Source of the DNA: Tubiluchus corallicola
Lineage: Eukaryota; Animalia; Priapulida
Assembly: GCA_030141605.1 (NCBI GenBank)
Contig: JAQGDQ010000473.1
Location: 25,053 to 89,052 of the forward strand
Direction of reading: 5' to 3'
DNA length: 64,000 bases
Under the pieces are notes generated by a model that did no database searches, had not been told where the DNA came from, and saw only the letters and a program-made list of their open reading frames with translations. A program made the translations under genes and the position numbers. Positions 1 to 12,400 of this stretch are shown here, one piece after another; the first letter of the stretch is position 1, and every line of letters starts with the position of its first letter.

Positions 1-188
1 GTGGCGCTAGCGGCGCTAATGGCGGGTAGTTCAAAACAAATTTGCTCGCAGATAATTTCATAAATATTTCAAGTTACTTCTGGTTATAGACTAATAAAAC
101 TCTAAAATATCAACGTATAAACATCAACATAAAACGTTTTTGTGAATATAAAGGCTACCGTATCTCGTATGCTGTATGGACATTGGCA

Positions 189-1085
189 ATGGTAAATACT
201 CGTAAAAAGTCACATACAGCTACAGATAGTGACACTGGGAGTAATATGGCCTCATCTAATAGCAGCTTAAACGAGGATACAGCACAGGCACTTCTTTCCG
301 CTTTTGAAAAACGACTGACAGCAATGGAGGAACGATTGGGTAAGAGGATTTATGACAATTCAGCATCTATAGATTCAAAACTTACAGAAGTAAACAGACA
401 AATAGGCGGACTTGTGAAAAGTCAGGAATTTATTTCAAAACAATATGAAGATTTGCAAGAACAGAATAAGCAAAATGAGGAAAAAATGAGAAATCTAGAA
501 GAGGAAAACAAAATACTGAAATGTACAATAAGCAAACTAGAAAAAAAAATAACTGCATCTGAAAAATCTGTGAATGACCTTGAACAATACGAGAGGCGTG
601 ACATGCTAGAAATTACAGGTATCCCTTTCATTGAGCATGAATCTACTAACACCATTATCAAAAGGCTTTGTGATGTCATTGGTGTACAAATAGCTCCTGA
701 AGATATTGCTACTTCGCATCGGCTGCAAAAGACAAGATCTGGTAGTGCTCCAGCAATTATCGTCAAGTTTGTACGACGCGACATCCGTGACAAAGTATAT
801 GCAGCCAGGAAACGAATCAACTCTGCTCACGACCTAGGCTTTTCAACAGTAAGCAAAATTTATATAAATGAAAACCTTACAAAGCAAAATAGATCCTTGC
901 TATACCATGCACGACAGTGCAAAAAGCAACTGCGGTACAAATATGTATGGTCTCGATATGGTCGCATCTATTTAAAGAGGTCTGACTCTGATGATTCTGA
1001 AGCAGTACCAATTGACTCTCTTCAAGTTCTGCTGAGAATGGGATATAACCCAGCCATGTCATCGCAGACCAATTCTCATCTTTAA
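189..1085 (+). CDS. LINE ORF1 (coiled coil plus RRM-like/CTD nucleic-acid chaperone)
   Basis: First ATG at 189 (track uses TTG at 183). Coiled-coil region, then NDLEQYERRDMLEITGIP, IIVKFVRR, IYINENLT and YKYVW motifs typical of CR1/L2-group ORF1. Confidence 0.88.
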   Translation: MVNTRKKSHTATDSDTGSNMASSNSSLNEDTAQALLSAFEKRLTAMEERLGKRIYDNSASIDSKLTEVNRQIGGLVKSQEFISKQYEDLQEQNKQNEEKMRNLEEENKILKCTISKLEKKITASEKSVNDLEQYERRDMLEITGIPFIEHESTNTIIKRLCDVIGVQIAPEDIATSHRLQKTRSGSAPAIIVKFVRRDIRDKVYAARKRINSAHDLGFSTVSKIYINENLTKQNRSLLYHARQCKKQLRYKYVWSRYGRIYLKRSDSDDSEAVPIDSLQVLLRMGYNPAMSSQTNSHL

Positions 1086-1117
1086 CCTTAATGTTGCACT
1101 TTTCAGTTATTTAATAT

Positions 1118-4100
1118 ATGGCATCTTATCCATGTACAGTCTGCTCTAAAGTCTGTAGGTCGAATCAGAATGCTATTTATTGTGACAACTGTCAGAATTG
1201 GTGCCATCTGAAGTGCACATGCCTATCATTACAACAGTTTCAAAATTTAGCTAATTCTAGTGATACATACTTTTGCTTGCCTTGCATTAATTCGATATTG
1301 CCACTTCAGATGGCAGACGATGATGACTTTTATGATTTTGTCCATTTTAGTTATTGCAATAGTGAAATTGAACAATTACTGTCACTCAACTGTACAGCTA
1401 GTTTGTCCTCGTTTAATGATGATGATGACAAAGATCCCGACATTAATCATAATACTCTGTATGATAGCAAATACTATAAACTCACCACGCTGCAGTCATC
1501 AGCCTTTTTGCACAACAATGATAAGGATTTTAGCTTCATACATATTAATCCCAATAGCCTTCACAAACACTATCATGACATAACAGATGTGCTTCAGCAT
1601 TTTAAGAGGCCACCCGACATAATAGCAGTGTCGGAAACTCGAGTTAACGATAAAAATATTTTTTTATGTAATATACCCAATTACACTTTTTTACATACTG
1701 ATTCTAATACAAGAGCAGGGGGGGTTGGACTTTATGTATCTAATCAGCTAAATTATACTAAAATCACAAAATACTCTATCCAAAATGCTAATTCATCTCT
1801 TACTTTCCAATCCGACATGCAGTGCGAAGATCTCTGGATACAGATAGAAACTAATATACATTCTAAGCATATTATCTTTGGTGTTGTTTACCGTCATCCA
1901 AATACTAACATTAATCACTTTCATGAGGCAATGGACAACATTATGTCCGACATTAATAAAACTGGCAAGATTAGTTATGTATGTGGTGATTTCAATCTTA
2001 ACCTGCTTCACCATGAAACTAAATCATATATATCCGAATATCTCAATATGGTATTCTGCAATCAATTCACACCCATTATAACACGACCAACTAGACTTAC
2101 TCACACATCCAAAACACTTATAGATCACATCTACACAAATAACCTAAAAGACTACATCATTCCAGGCATTATACTTTACCAAATCGCTGACCACTTGCCT
2201 ATCTTTTGCATTGTCAAAAATTCAATTAGTAAACGTGCGAACTCAAAAGTAAATATCCGTGACAAGAGTAAATTCAATCAAGACGCTTTCTTAAATGACT
2301 TAACTTATAAACTAAACAACGAATCTTTTGTGACAATGTCAACAAACGAAGCATTTGAAAAATTCATGAATATAATTACAGAAACTGTTAACTACCATGC
2401 CCCGTATAAAACCTTGTCGAGAAAACAAACTAAGACATTTTACAAACCCTGGTTAACTCAAGGTATCCTAACTTCTATCAGAAAAAAAAGTCAATTATAC
2501 AAAACTCATAAATTATCCGACAGTTTATACAAAAATGAATATTATCGTACATATTGTAATAAACTAAATCGAATAAAAGAACAGTCAAAACGTAACTATT
2601 ACTCAAAAGTGCTCCAAGGAAATAAAAATAATATGCGACTAACATGGAAAACCATAAATGAAATTACAAACTGTAAAGTGAAAAACCATTTTCAACCTAA
2701 CAAGTTAACACAAAATGGTAATGAGTACAATAACCATAAGGATATAAGTGAAATACTAAACCAGTTTTTTAGTAACATAGGTAGCAATATGGCGAGAAAG
2801 ATACCATACACTGAACTAAAATTTGATTCTTTTTTGAAGAACCCAGTAAATAGCACATTTTTTATGTACCCTATATTAGAAAATGAAACATGTGTGGAAA
2901 TCAATAAGTTAAACATTAATAAATCTGCAGGTCCAGAGAATATTCCAATTTATTTTTATAAACTAGCTGTCCGCATTATTACACCATACTTAACGACACT
3001 CTATAATAAATCGATTACTGATGGCATATTTCCTAACATTTTAAAACTAGCGAAAGTAATTCCAATTTATAAGTCTGAATCACCTGAAAATCCCACCAAC
3101 TATAGACCTATATCTTTACTCTCACCGGTTGCCAAAATATTTGAAAAACTCATCTTTATCCGGCTTGACAAATTCATTTCAACAAACAAAATACTATCAG
3201 AACACCAATTTGGTTTCAGGAAAAATCATTCTACTGCCTTAGCTGTATCTGAACTAACCGATAGAATTCTTAATAATATTGACAAAAATGTATTTGTGTG
3301 TGGCATCTTCCTAGATCTGTCCAAGGCTTTTGACACTGTACAACATAATATATTACTCCAAAAAATGAAACATTATGGTATTAGAGGACTATCCCAAAAT
3401 TTCTTTGCATCTTACTTGCACAACAGACAACAGTACACTTCCATTGGAGATACTAGCTCAAATCTAACTACTATAACATGTGGAGTACCACAAGGCTCTA
3501 CTCTAGGCCCGATATTGCTTCTTTTGTACATAAATGATCTTGTAAACTGTTCAAACTTCCACACTAGAATGTTTGCAGATGACACTAATCTATTCTTAAC
3601 AGATACAAAGATAATTAATTTACAAACTTCAGTTAACAGTGAATTGCATAAGATTAATCAGTGGATGAAAGCTAACAAACTGTCTATTAACTATAAAAAG
3701 ACAAAATACATGCTGATTACGCCTGGCCGCAAAACAGACGCATATGAAAATTTCCAGATTTCAATGAATAATCAAATATTAACTAGGTCTAAAGAAATTA
3801 AATACCTCGGTATGTTCATTGATGATAACTTAACATGGTCTACACAAACAAAACACATAACCTACAAAATTAGCAAAATCAAGGGCATAATTGCGAGGAT
3901 AAGACACTACGTAAATACAGATGTACTAAAACTAATATACCATGCTTTGGTTTATTCTTATCTTCACTATGGGATTCTTTCCTGGGGCACTGCATCTTCA
4001 AATACTTTAAAACCGATACAAACTCATCAAAACATTATAGTTAAGCTGATGACATTTTCTGGTAGACGGGAACATGCAACGCCATCCTACATTAAATTGG

Positions 4101-4408
4101 GCCTCTTAAAACTGAATGATATCTACAAATCCGAGCTTGCAAAATTTGTATACAAATTTAAGAATAACTTACTACCAGAATTGTTTCTAAATTACTATAC
4201 GCCAGCATCCGATATTCACAGTTACAACACTAGGTTTTCTACTAACAGTTCTTTCTTTATCGAACGATTTAATACATCTAAGGGTCAAACGTCGTTAAAA
4301 TATCAGGGATCAGTATTATGGAACTCTCTACCTGCTCATATAACTTCTTTACCTCTGCATTCGCTAAAAAAACAGTACGCTAAGGCACTTCTTGAAGCTT
4401 ACAAATAA
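1118..4408 (+). CDS. LINE ORF2: PHD finger + AP endonuclease + reverse transcriptase
   Basis: 1096 aa. N-terminal C4HC3 PHD (CTVC...CDNCQNWCHLKC...CLPC). APE motifs AVSET, GGVGLYV, VYRHP, CGDFN, TLIDHI, DHLP. RT motifs NYRPISLL, QFGFR, FLDLSKAFDTV, GVPQGS, FADDT, KYLG. Confidence 0.97.
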   Translation: MASYPCTVCSKVCRSNQNAIYCDNCQNWCHLKCTCLSLQQFQNLANSSDTYFCLPCINSILPLQMADDDDFYDFVHFSYCNSEIEQLLSLNCTASLSSFNDDDDKDPDINHNTLYDSKYYKLTTLQSSAFLHNNDKDFSFIHINPNSLHKHYHDITDVLQHFKRPPDIIAVSETRVNDKNIFLCNIPNYTFLHTDSNTRAGGVGLYVSNQLNYTKITKYSIQNANSSLTFQSDMQCEDLWIQIETNIHSKHIIFGVVYRHPNTNINHFHEAMDNIMSDINKTGKISYVCGDFNLNLLHHETKSYISEYLNMVFCNQFTPIITRPTRLTHTSKTLIDHIYTNNLKDYIIPGIILYQIADHLPIFCIVKNSISKRANSKVNIRDKSKFNQDAFLNDLTYKLNNESFVTMSTNEAFEKFMNIITETVNYHAPYKTLSRKQTKTFYKPWLTQGILTSIRKKSQLYKTHKLSDSLYKNEYYRTYCNKLNRIKEQSKRNYYSKVLQGNKNNMRLTWKTINEITNCKVKNHFQPNKLTQNGNEYNNHKDISEILNQFFSNIGSNMARKIPYTELKFDSFLKNPVNSTFFMYPILENETCVEINKLNINKSAGPENIPIYFYKLAVRIITPYLTTLYNKSITDGIFPNILKLAKVIPIYKSESPENPTNYRPISLLSPVAKIFEKLIFIRLDKFISTNKILSEHQFGFRKNHSTALAVSELTDRILNNIDKNVFVCGIFLDLSKAFDTVQHNILLQKMKHYGIRGLSQNFFASYLHNRQQYTSIGDTSSNLTTITCGVPQGSTLGPILLLLYINDLVNCSNFHTRMFADDTNLFLTDTKIINLQTSVNSELHKINQWMKANKLSINYKKTKYMLITPGRKTDAYENFQISMNNQILTRSKEIKYLGMFIDDNLTWSTQTKHITYKISKIKGIIARIRHYVNTDVLKLIYHALVYSYLHYGILSWGTASSNTLKPIQTHQNIIVKLMTFSGRREHATPSYIKLGLLKLNDIYKSELAKFVYKFKNNLLPELFLNYYTPASDIHSYNTRFSTNSSFFIERFNTSKGQTSLKYQGSVLWNSLPAHITSLPLHSLKKQYAKALLEAYK

Positions 4409-5299
4409 ATCAGTTTTTTTGTCTGTTAGATGTACATTCTTATGGTAACTTTTGCTTAAAAACATTTTTATGAGGTGCAAACTCACTTTTTCGCTGCTGT
4501 ATTTTTGTTTTTGTATTTCTGTACGTTTGTGTATTTATTAGATGTATTTATCAGAAACAATTGTAAGGTATTTTGCTTAGTAGTTCGTAAATTTGTCATG
4601 GTTTTTGATTTTTGTCTTTTGCTGTTGTATTTTTGTTTTTTGTATTTCTGCACGTTTATGTATTTTTTAATATAGCTGTGTCTACTGTCCTTAGCGTCCT
4701 TTTGTTTACTGTCTTTTGAGAAGGGTGGTTGACTCGATAACCTTTGGTTTTTCGCCACCCTTTCTCCTATGTTTGTTTGTATTTTTGTGTATTTTATTGT
4801 CAAATTATTGTATATGGAGGAAAATAAATTACTATTACGTTTTAATGTTTTACATGACATGCAATAAACTTTAAACAAAGCACGATAGTAAATGCTTACT
4901 TTAACAAATGAGCAGGATTTGAGCGGTCATCATTTTCTGTCATCTCTCTACTTCATAATAAACCTGGCAGCATATAAAAGTTGACTCATTTATAGCTGCC
5001 ATGTTGTTGTCAATGTTAATTTAGAGAACTTCCGGCAGGATAGTCACTTTTAACTTTTGATTCAGTCTCACATGATCACATCGGCTATTTATTTTTAATG
5101 CATTTTTCTACGACTTAGCGCTGATCATCTGGAAGCAATGCCTGTTTGCTTACGGTGGTACTTCGCCGATGATGTTATATGTTACAGCAATTTTAATTTT
5201 ACGGCAGCAGAACGAAATTGATGAAATTCTAAGAGCAAAAAATTAATAAATTAACTAAAATTTAGTGTTATAAAGAGTTAGTAATTTAGTAATATTACG

Positions 5300-6140
5300 G
5301 TTACCAAATTGTTCTGGGTTGTGCTGCCAATGTCGGTCTAATTGGGACTTTTACAAAGAAGATGTCATTGATTATGTTTTCGGGCAATTTATTACATTTG
5401 TCAACCACACACATTGAAAGAATCTCTCGTTTTCTGCTCCATCTATTGGATGCTGCTCTCTTCTTGATTTTGTATGGAGGACCTCTAGTACCACGATAAG
5501 TATGAGATAGAAACATTTTGCTAGCATTGGTGTGATCAAAACATTTTAAGATGCAGAAGGTTTGGATCAAATCTTGTCTCTTACATCTATACTTTAAAGT
5601 AGTTAGCCCTCGCCTTCTGATTTTCATAAGGTATAACAGTCCGGAAACTACTGGTACCAGCCTAATAGGCCAACGTTGAACTGATTCCTTTTTTCTTATC
5701 ATGTCTTGCGTTCCTGAATTCCAACATCGCCATAATTCTTAATTGGTCTAACCATTGACTTTTACATTTGGATCACCATGGGCCAATCTAAATAAGTGAA
5801 GTTTCATATAATAAGCATAAGCCTTCCATGAGCATTATTAACAGTATGATGAATGCGGCTTTGAAATTTAAGCATGTTATCAACAATGATGCCCAAGTGT
5901 TTTTGCACATTGACATTTGTAGTTTCTACATTGATAAGTTCTGCCATTGCTTATAATTATGTGATCTGTAACATCTGGTCTTCCAATGGTTAATAGGTTG
6001 CATTTGTCAATATTAAAATTCATTTTCTGTTTGTGACACCGTTTATCTGCTTGGTCAATGTTGTTTTGCAAGTACTCATTGTCACTAGGACAACTTATCA
6101 TATATTTTTGCATCATCTGCAAATTAGTTCCTAAAATCAT
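5300..6140 (-). pseudogene. Decayed CR1-type LINE reverse transcriptase C-terminal fragment
   Basis: Frameshifted pieces FADDAKIY (revcomp near 6100-6125), MNFNIDKCNLL, GLTTLKYRCKRQDLIQTF and TRGPPYKI resemble a CR1 ORF2 C-terminus. Confidence 0.75.
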
Positions 6141-6489
6141 GTCATAAAGTTCCTACAAAGTGTTATGAAAATATCCTTGGTGTGAGTGTGAGTTGGTCAT
6201 TTTACTTGTTTTTTATAATAATTTCTTGCTTGCTATTGTACCGGACTACATGAATCTAAATTTAGATTATTGTTGCTAATAATTTTTGCTCGCTCTTTTT
6301 ATACTGAAAAAAAAATGATGGAGTGACGGCGGTGAAAAGATGCGTCATGCCTTGTAATAGATCTAAAGATTACCCACATTAGAACACACACGCTGTCACG
6401 CTCGCTGTGGAGACAGATCTTAACAAAAATTACGTTGACGATACTAAACTCTAAAGACTAGAGAGTTTAAGAATTTAAAAACCACGTAA

Positions 6490-9400
6490 ATGGAAGTTGA
6501 CTTTAGGTTGTATAGTGAATCTCAGGAAATTTTTAAAGAAAAGTTACAACCAAGTATTAAGGAACCACTACACTTGGTAACTCCCGGTGATGTCATTACA
6601 ACTGACCCCGGTTTCATGAGGTGAGCTTGATGTTTCTGTGATCTAGCCTTCGTTTAAGGAGCTCATCAGAGATGGCAATGTAGTCTGGACTGTTAGAATT
6701 TACACAATTGAATCTTAAATAAAAAGGGCCCTTTTTAGAGATGGACCTGATGAACGTAATTTTGGACGTGATAGACGTAATTTTGAGCGTCCTTTCACTA
6801 ACCTGATGGACATATTCCGATGGACATGATAGACGTCTGTTTGCTTTTTCGTTGGGCTTGTTGGACGTAATTTTGGACGTGATAGACGTAATTTTGAGCG
6901 TCCTTTCACTAACCTGATGAACATGATAGACGTCTGTTTACTTTTTCGATGGACTTGTTGGACGTAATTTTGGACGGAATGGACATGAGTTGAATGCCCA
7001 TTTACTAAACTGGTGGAGCTATTTGATCCCCGTGATTTACGTATGTATGTATGTATATTTGAACGCAGTAGATGTCCATTTGGTATGTGTATTTGAATGC
7101 GATGGACATAATTTCGAGCGTCCATGCACAGAATAATTTAAAGTAAAATTACTGGACCTACATAATTGTTGACGTGGTTTTCTTGACCTTTACTTTAATG
7201 CCTCCTGGATGCTAGTTTAAACATAATGGAGTTTATATATTACATGCAAATCAATTTGATTAGTTTTTGCAATGTGATTTTTATTTTAATAACATCCGTC
7301 GCGTCCTTTAAATCAGTGAATAGACGTCCAACTTACGTCCATTTCGTCCATGTTACGTTCATCGCATCCATTCATTTAGAATTTGCCCCATTTTCAGTCT
7401 TTAGTACAAAAGTCATCTGAGAGCACCAGCTTTCACCAGTTAAAGATCTTTCACCAATACTTATAAGACATAGGACTGGCATTTCTTAGAATGATCAACG
7501 ACAATAAATTGCACTTTCAGAGGTCGTGTATTTTTAATGTTTCCAATCCTGTTTATTTTTCCAGGGGACATGGAACTTACACACAAGATGAAAAACTTTA
7601 TGCATCTGTAGCTGGAACATTAGAAAGAGTGAACAAGCTGATATGTGTCCAGCCTGTGAAATCCAGGTTATTTTCACCTGTTACTTGGTTTTTTGCTTTT
7701 GTTTATTATTTCCGCAAACATTTGTGTTTTACACTGTTGATTATTGACAATTAATTGCCACAATCTTTTAATATGGTATTGTATGAAAATGTCTCAAAAT
7801 ATTATATAGGCCTAGGGTCACCAAGTGGTCATTATTGACCCCTGGTGGTCAATGGGACTATCCAAGGAGTCAATAAATGCCTGAGGATCAAAAAGGGGGT
7901 CGATAAACCCCTAGGCTGTTTGTACTTTTGGGGTCGACTTATGACTAAAACTCACCAATTTCCAACCAAATATTAAGACAAACACGTCATTCCCGTTAAT
8001 GTTGTCAGCAAATTCAATAAAACATTATGTTGATTTCTTTAGGGTTTAATTTTGCCTAAAGTTTCTCTCTCATTTTTATTATTGATGTTAGATTCGTTAT
8101 TGAAACTAGTGGTAATACAAATGTGGTGCATGAGTATGGTATAGGCATCTGAGAAGTTCATCTTGCCTGTACTGTGTACACTTACGTGGTAATAGCTCAT
8201 CTACCTAATTATTATTAATATATATTCTTTTGTACGTGCCTGGGGTTTGACGAAAAATCAAGGATTCCATGAAAGGGGTCAATCGCTATAAAATTTGGGG
8301 ACCGTGGTATATGCCTACCTTGACAATAGAATCTATGAGTCACGAAAGTTAGTGTTTTGCCACTGCATCACTTTGTTTCCCAGATTTCTTAATTACTTGC
8401 ATGTTTTTATCAATGAGTCAGCTACAGTGCAGGGATTATAACTATCTACTGTAGTTTTTGTGAGTTGTTAAACTTAACAATCCATTTGTTGGTATCATTG
8501 TTAGTGGCCTGAAAGTTTTTTTACATGTTAATAAACCATTTCATTTCATCAATTAATTTTTTTGTAAAGAAATTACAGTTTGTTTTCGGTAAACTTTTGT
8601 AGGTCACCCCTTCAACAAAAGTGCTTTGATCTGCTATGCACTTGCAACTGATAGAGATATAATTGTTGCTGGCTTGCTAATGCTGAAATATGCTAGTGTA
8701 CAGTAGTTCAAAATAATAACGACAAATAATTTACTAACAAAAAACCAAGTTTAATGTGTTTTAGTCTAGCCTAGCTGTGTGTCTACCTCAATAGTCAGCT
8801 AATAGACATTTGTGCGTTCTTATATACAGTACAAATGCACCTCAGAGAGCAGCATTTGAATTTAAATTAATTCTTAAACAATAGACACCCTATTAATAAT
8901 ATTTTCTACATCTTCGTTGTCGGAACCGGGTAAAACTATCAGACTCGTGTAATGAACAATGCGAGACACCTGGGTACCCGATGGAAACACTAAATCTTGT
9001 AAAAGCGTACGGTTGCATCATGCCAGCACTCTAACCATCGTTTCAACTGAATGCAAAATCAAGCGAACAACAAAGCGTGCCAATGAATCATGCAGGTGGC
9101 AGCACTGTCAAATTTAACATCACAATGATCATTTATTGGGAGACCAGGGTCAGATCAGAGGGCCTGGCTTATTAGCAAAGATATTTGTATACGATATGCC
9201 CTGAATGAATGATGAACATAGGCAAAACTCCATGCTTGCTAAAAGTACTTGTAGCTAACCACTCGCCAACATACAAATGCTATCATAGTCATTATCATGC
9301 ATTTGTTCAGCTTACAGTGGAACTAATGTAGTATCATGGCGAGGTAATTTCTTCCCATTTTCAGTTTACAGTTTATCTTACCACTGATTTGAGCAGCACT

Positions 9401-12400
9401 AAACCCTTTTGTTAAATTTGTTTCTGCTTTGCAATTTGCACAAATTCGAATAACTTTTTAGGTACGTTGGTGAAGTGGGCGACGTCATAGTTGGAAGAAT
9501 TACGGAAGTTGTACAAAAGAGATGGAAAGTTGACACAAACACAAAACTTGACTCTGTGCTCATGTTGTCATCAGTAAATTTACCTGGTGGTGAACTGGTG
9601 AGTGGCTTCTGTACAGGTTGTTTACATTGTTTACGTACCTCATTGTTTTCTACTTGCTGATGTTGTTGCAGGTGCAAAAGTTTTGTGTGGAATCTTGTGG
9701 CTAATCAGTTTTTTAAATCACTCTATGAAGTGGCGCCTCATAGTTAAAATTAGTGACCGTCTTGCTTCAGAAAATTTTTAGTTATTTTAATATTGTGTAA
9801 ACAAAACAAATATATAAAAAGAAAATTTAGTCAAAAACAAACACTACCTTACACTTGCACAGCAGGGTCGATACTGCATGAGCGACAGTACTTTTTCTAC
9901 CTAGCATGCAGCTTCTTATCTCGGAAACGTGCGCATACCCGCATGCACATAACAGCCAAACACCACATTGCAGGAACTGTGAAGCGCACTGTGAGCTTCC
10001 GTACAAGGATTTTTGTAATTTTGAACTAGGCTACTGACATTAAGCTGACATGAAAGAAAGAATTAAAGAAAAAAGACTCATTATATTAAATGTTATCGAT
10101 AATACTGAGTGATAATACTGCAGTTCCGCAGTCCCTATTCACAAGCCACGTAACTTTATTCGCTTCTTCGCTTTTTACAGAGAAGAAAAACGGTAGAGGA
10201 TGAGTTGATGATGAGGCAGTACCTGTCGGAAGGTGATCTCATTAGTGCAGAGGTGCAGTCTGTTTACTCTGATGGAGGTTTATCACTACATACTCGGAGT
10301 CTAAAGTATGGGAAGGTATTAATGTAAGATCGTTGTAACCGTGATCGAAGTTTATTGTGTTAATTTAATCTATGACCTCAGTCCCGTATCTCAGCTAGAG
10401 ATGTATAATGAAGTAATGACCATGAAGATGAACACAATTGTTGAAATTTAATCAAAAATTTATAATTCTTGGACTGTATCTGTAGGCACATCACGTGTCC
10501 AAACGAACGCGCAATTTCTCGTTCTCTTTCATGTTAGCTTTCAATCAGAGCGATCGTGAAACACTATTTCACCGTCGGGGTCATTATATTGTTATAATTT
10601 ATGAGTTTATTTAGGGGTAATCGATGATGGCTTATTCTAAGAGACATGCGACTCATGTTCTATTGACTTTGGTGTGGCATAAACATTGCTTCTGTCGCAA
10701 ATAATTGATTAAACTATAGATCATACTTTATTCTTTTCAGTAGAGTCGTTTAAGTCCTGATGAGTATATTTTGATTAAGCTGCAATTCACAAGAAAGCAG
10801 TTATAGTGATTATAACAAATAAATGACAATGTTTTCTGCCCATTTTGTGAGTTTTGATGATTTTCTCACAGTAAAATCTATTCTGATATTCATCTGCAAC
10901 AAATTTTGCAAGAACTTGATTGTTAAAGGAAAATTGGTCCCAATCTTGAATTGTAGATCAAAACAATCTACTCTGTAACTTATTGAAAGGAAACATACTA
11001 TTTTTTCAAAAATGACTTGCGTGAAAGAATTATTTCGCACAAATGTAATTTCCTGTTTGTGCCACTAGTCCTTCGCTGTTGCATGCGTTTTGCCATTACC
11101 TAGTTAAACAGGCACTAGCACATGCATTTCAGACACACGTTGCACATAAAATAAGTGCAGTACCTCTCAGTTCAGATGTGTTAGTTTTTGATGAACTGCA
11201 TACGTTCGATAGTTCATGCATGTGCGCAGCGGTAAATTTGAAATGTGAATTTTTATGTTAATATTTGTCTACTTTTAGTACAACACACTGAATATCTTAC
11301 AGTAGTGTTGTACTTCAATTTTCTCGGTTCACAAACACGTGCAACATGCCCATGGAATGCATCCGTCTGCGGACTTGGAACTAACAAAACCCATCCGTCT
11401 GCGGACTTGGAACTAACAAAAACCCGTCCGTCTGCGGACTTGGAACTAACAAAAACCCGTCTCAGGCAAGCCAGATCAGTCCAATAAAAGCAATTGTTTT
11501 GGTCATGTGTCATCTAATAATTGTTTCTTAAGGTTATTCTTGGCTTCATGCTGTACTTGCCAGGTGCAAGAAAATTTTCACTGAGACAGTTTCCGTAGAC
11601 TGTTTGTTGCTACAGATTGTTCACTGTGTGCAACTAGGATAAGCTCGTTCTTTTAAAATGCTGATTTTAAGAATTACATTTTATATTTGTGATGTCCTAA
11701 TTTATGTAGTTGAAGTATGTATAAAATGAATAGTGTTTGTACAAATCATTATACATAAATGAAATGCCTATTATTTGTCTAAGTTTTTGTCCTTTTGTAT
11801 TATTTTTACTTATTTTTAAAATATGTATTGTATTCTGAGTAGGTAATAAATAATGACTACAGCCATATCACGTTGAAAACACTGGTTCTCGTCTGATAAC
11901 CGAAGTTAAGCAACGTAGAGCCTGGTTAGTACTTGGATGGGTGACCGCTTAGGAATACCAGGTGCTGTAGGCTTGCGGGATGTCCACACTGTATCTCGAC
12001 ACTAGGCGGAGGAGCTGCACAAGCAGCCAACGGCTAGTGGGTGGAGGAGGTCAAGTGACCCAACGGCCATGTGTAGAGGAGTAAACCTTCCAAATCAGGA
12101 GTAGAGCCCTGAAGGCGGACCAGTGCAGCATACTCACTGACTCCGGCAGCTCCTGCGGCCAACCTGATGCCAAACGTATCGGTCCGCTTTGCTTTGAACT
12201 ACACCAGGGAGGAAGAGAGGGGGTTCCTGTTGTCTGGGGTGGCCCAGCCGTGCGCCCTGGAGACGTTCAAGGATCGCATTGCTCAGTCACAGTCGACGCT
12301 ACAGCTCCATCAATGTAATCAATAACTGACTCTCTTGGCGCACACTCCATTGTCTTCCGAGACAGAAGGATGCCAACCATATAATAAATAATAATAATAA

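Larger units (their letters stand above)
1..4840 (+). mobile_element. Apparently full-length non-LTR retrotransposon, CR1/L2 group (Crack/Daphne/Kiri-like)
   Basis: Two tandem intact ORFs, then a T-rich 3' UTR with a stem-loop (agaagggtgg...ccaccctttct, ~4719-4765) and an AATAAA-containing end near 4823-4840. The 5' end is at or beyond the window edge, so no TSD can be checked. Confidence 0.92.

Noticed and set aside
11855-11974. Functional 5S rRNA gene
   Set aside because: Solitary, intronic, carries substitutions, lacks the T-run terminator and continues into a SINE-like body and tail.
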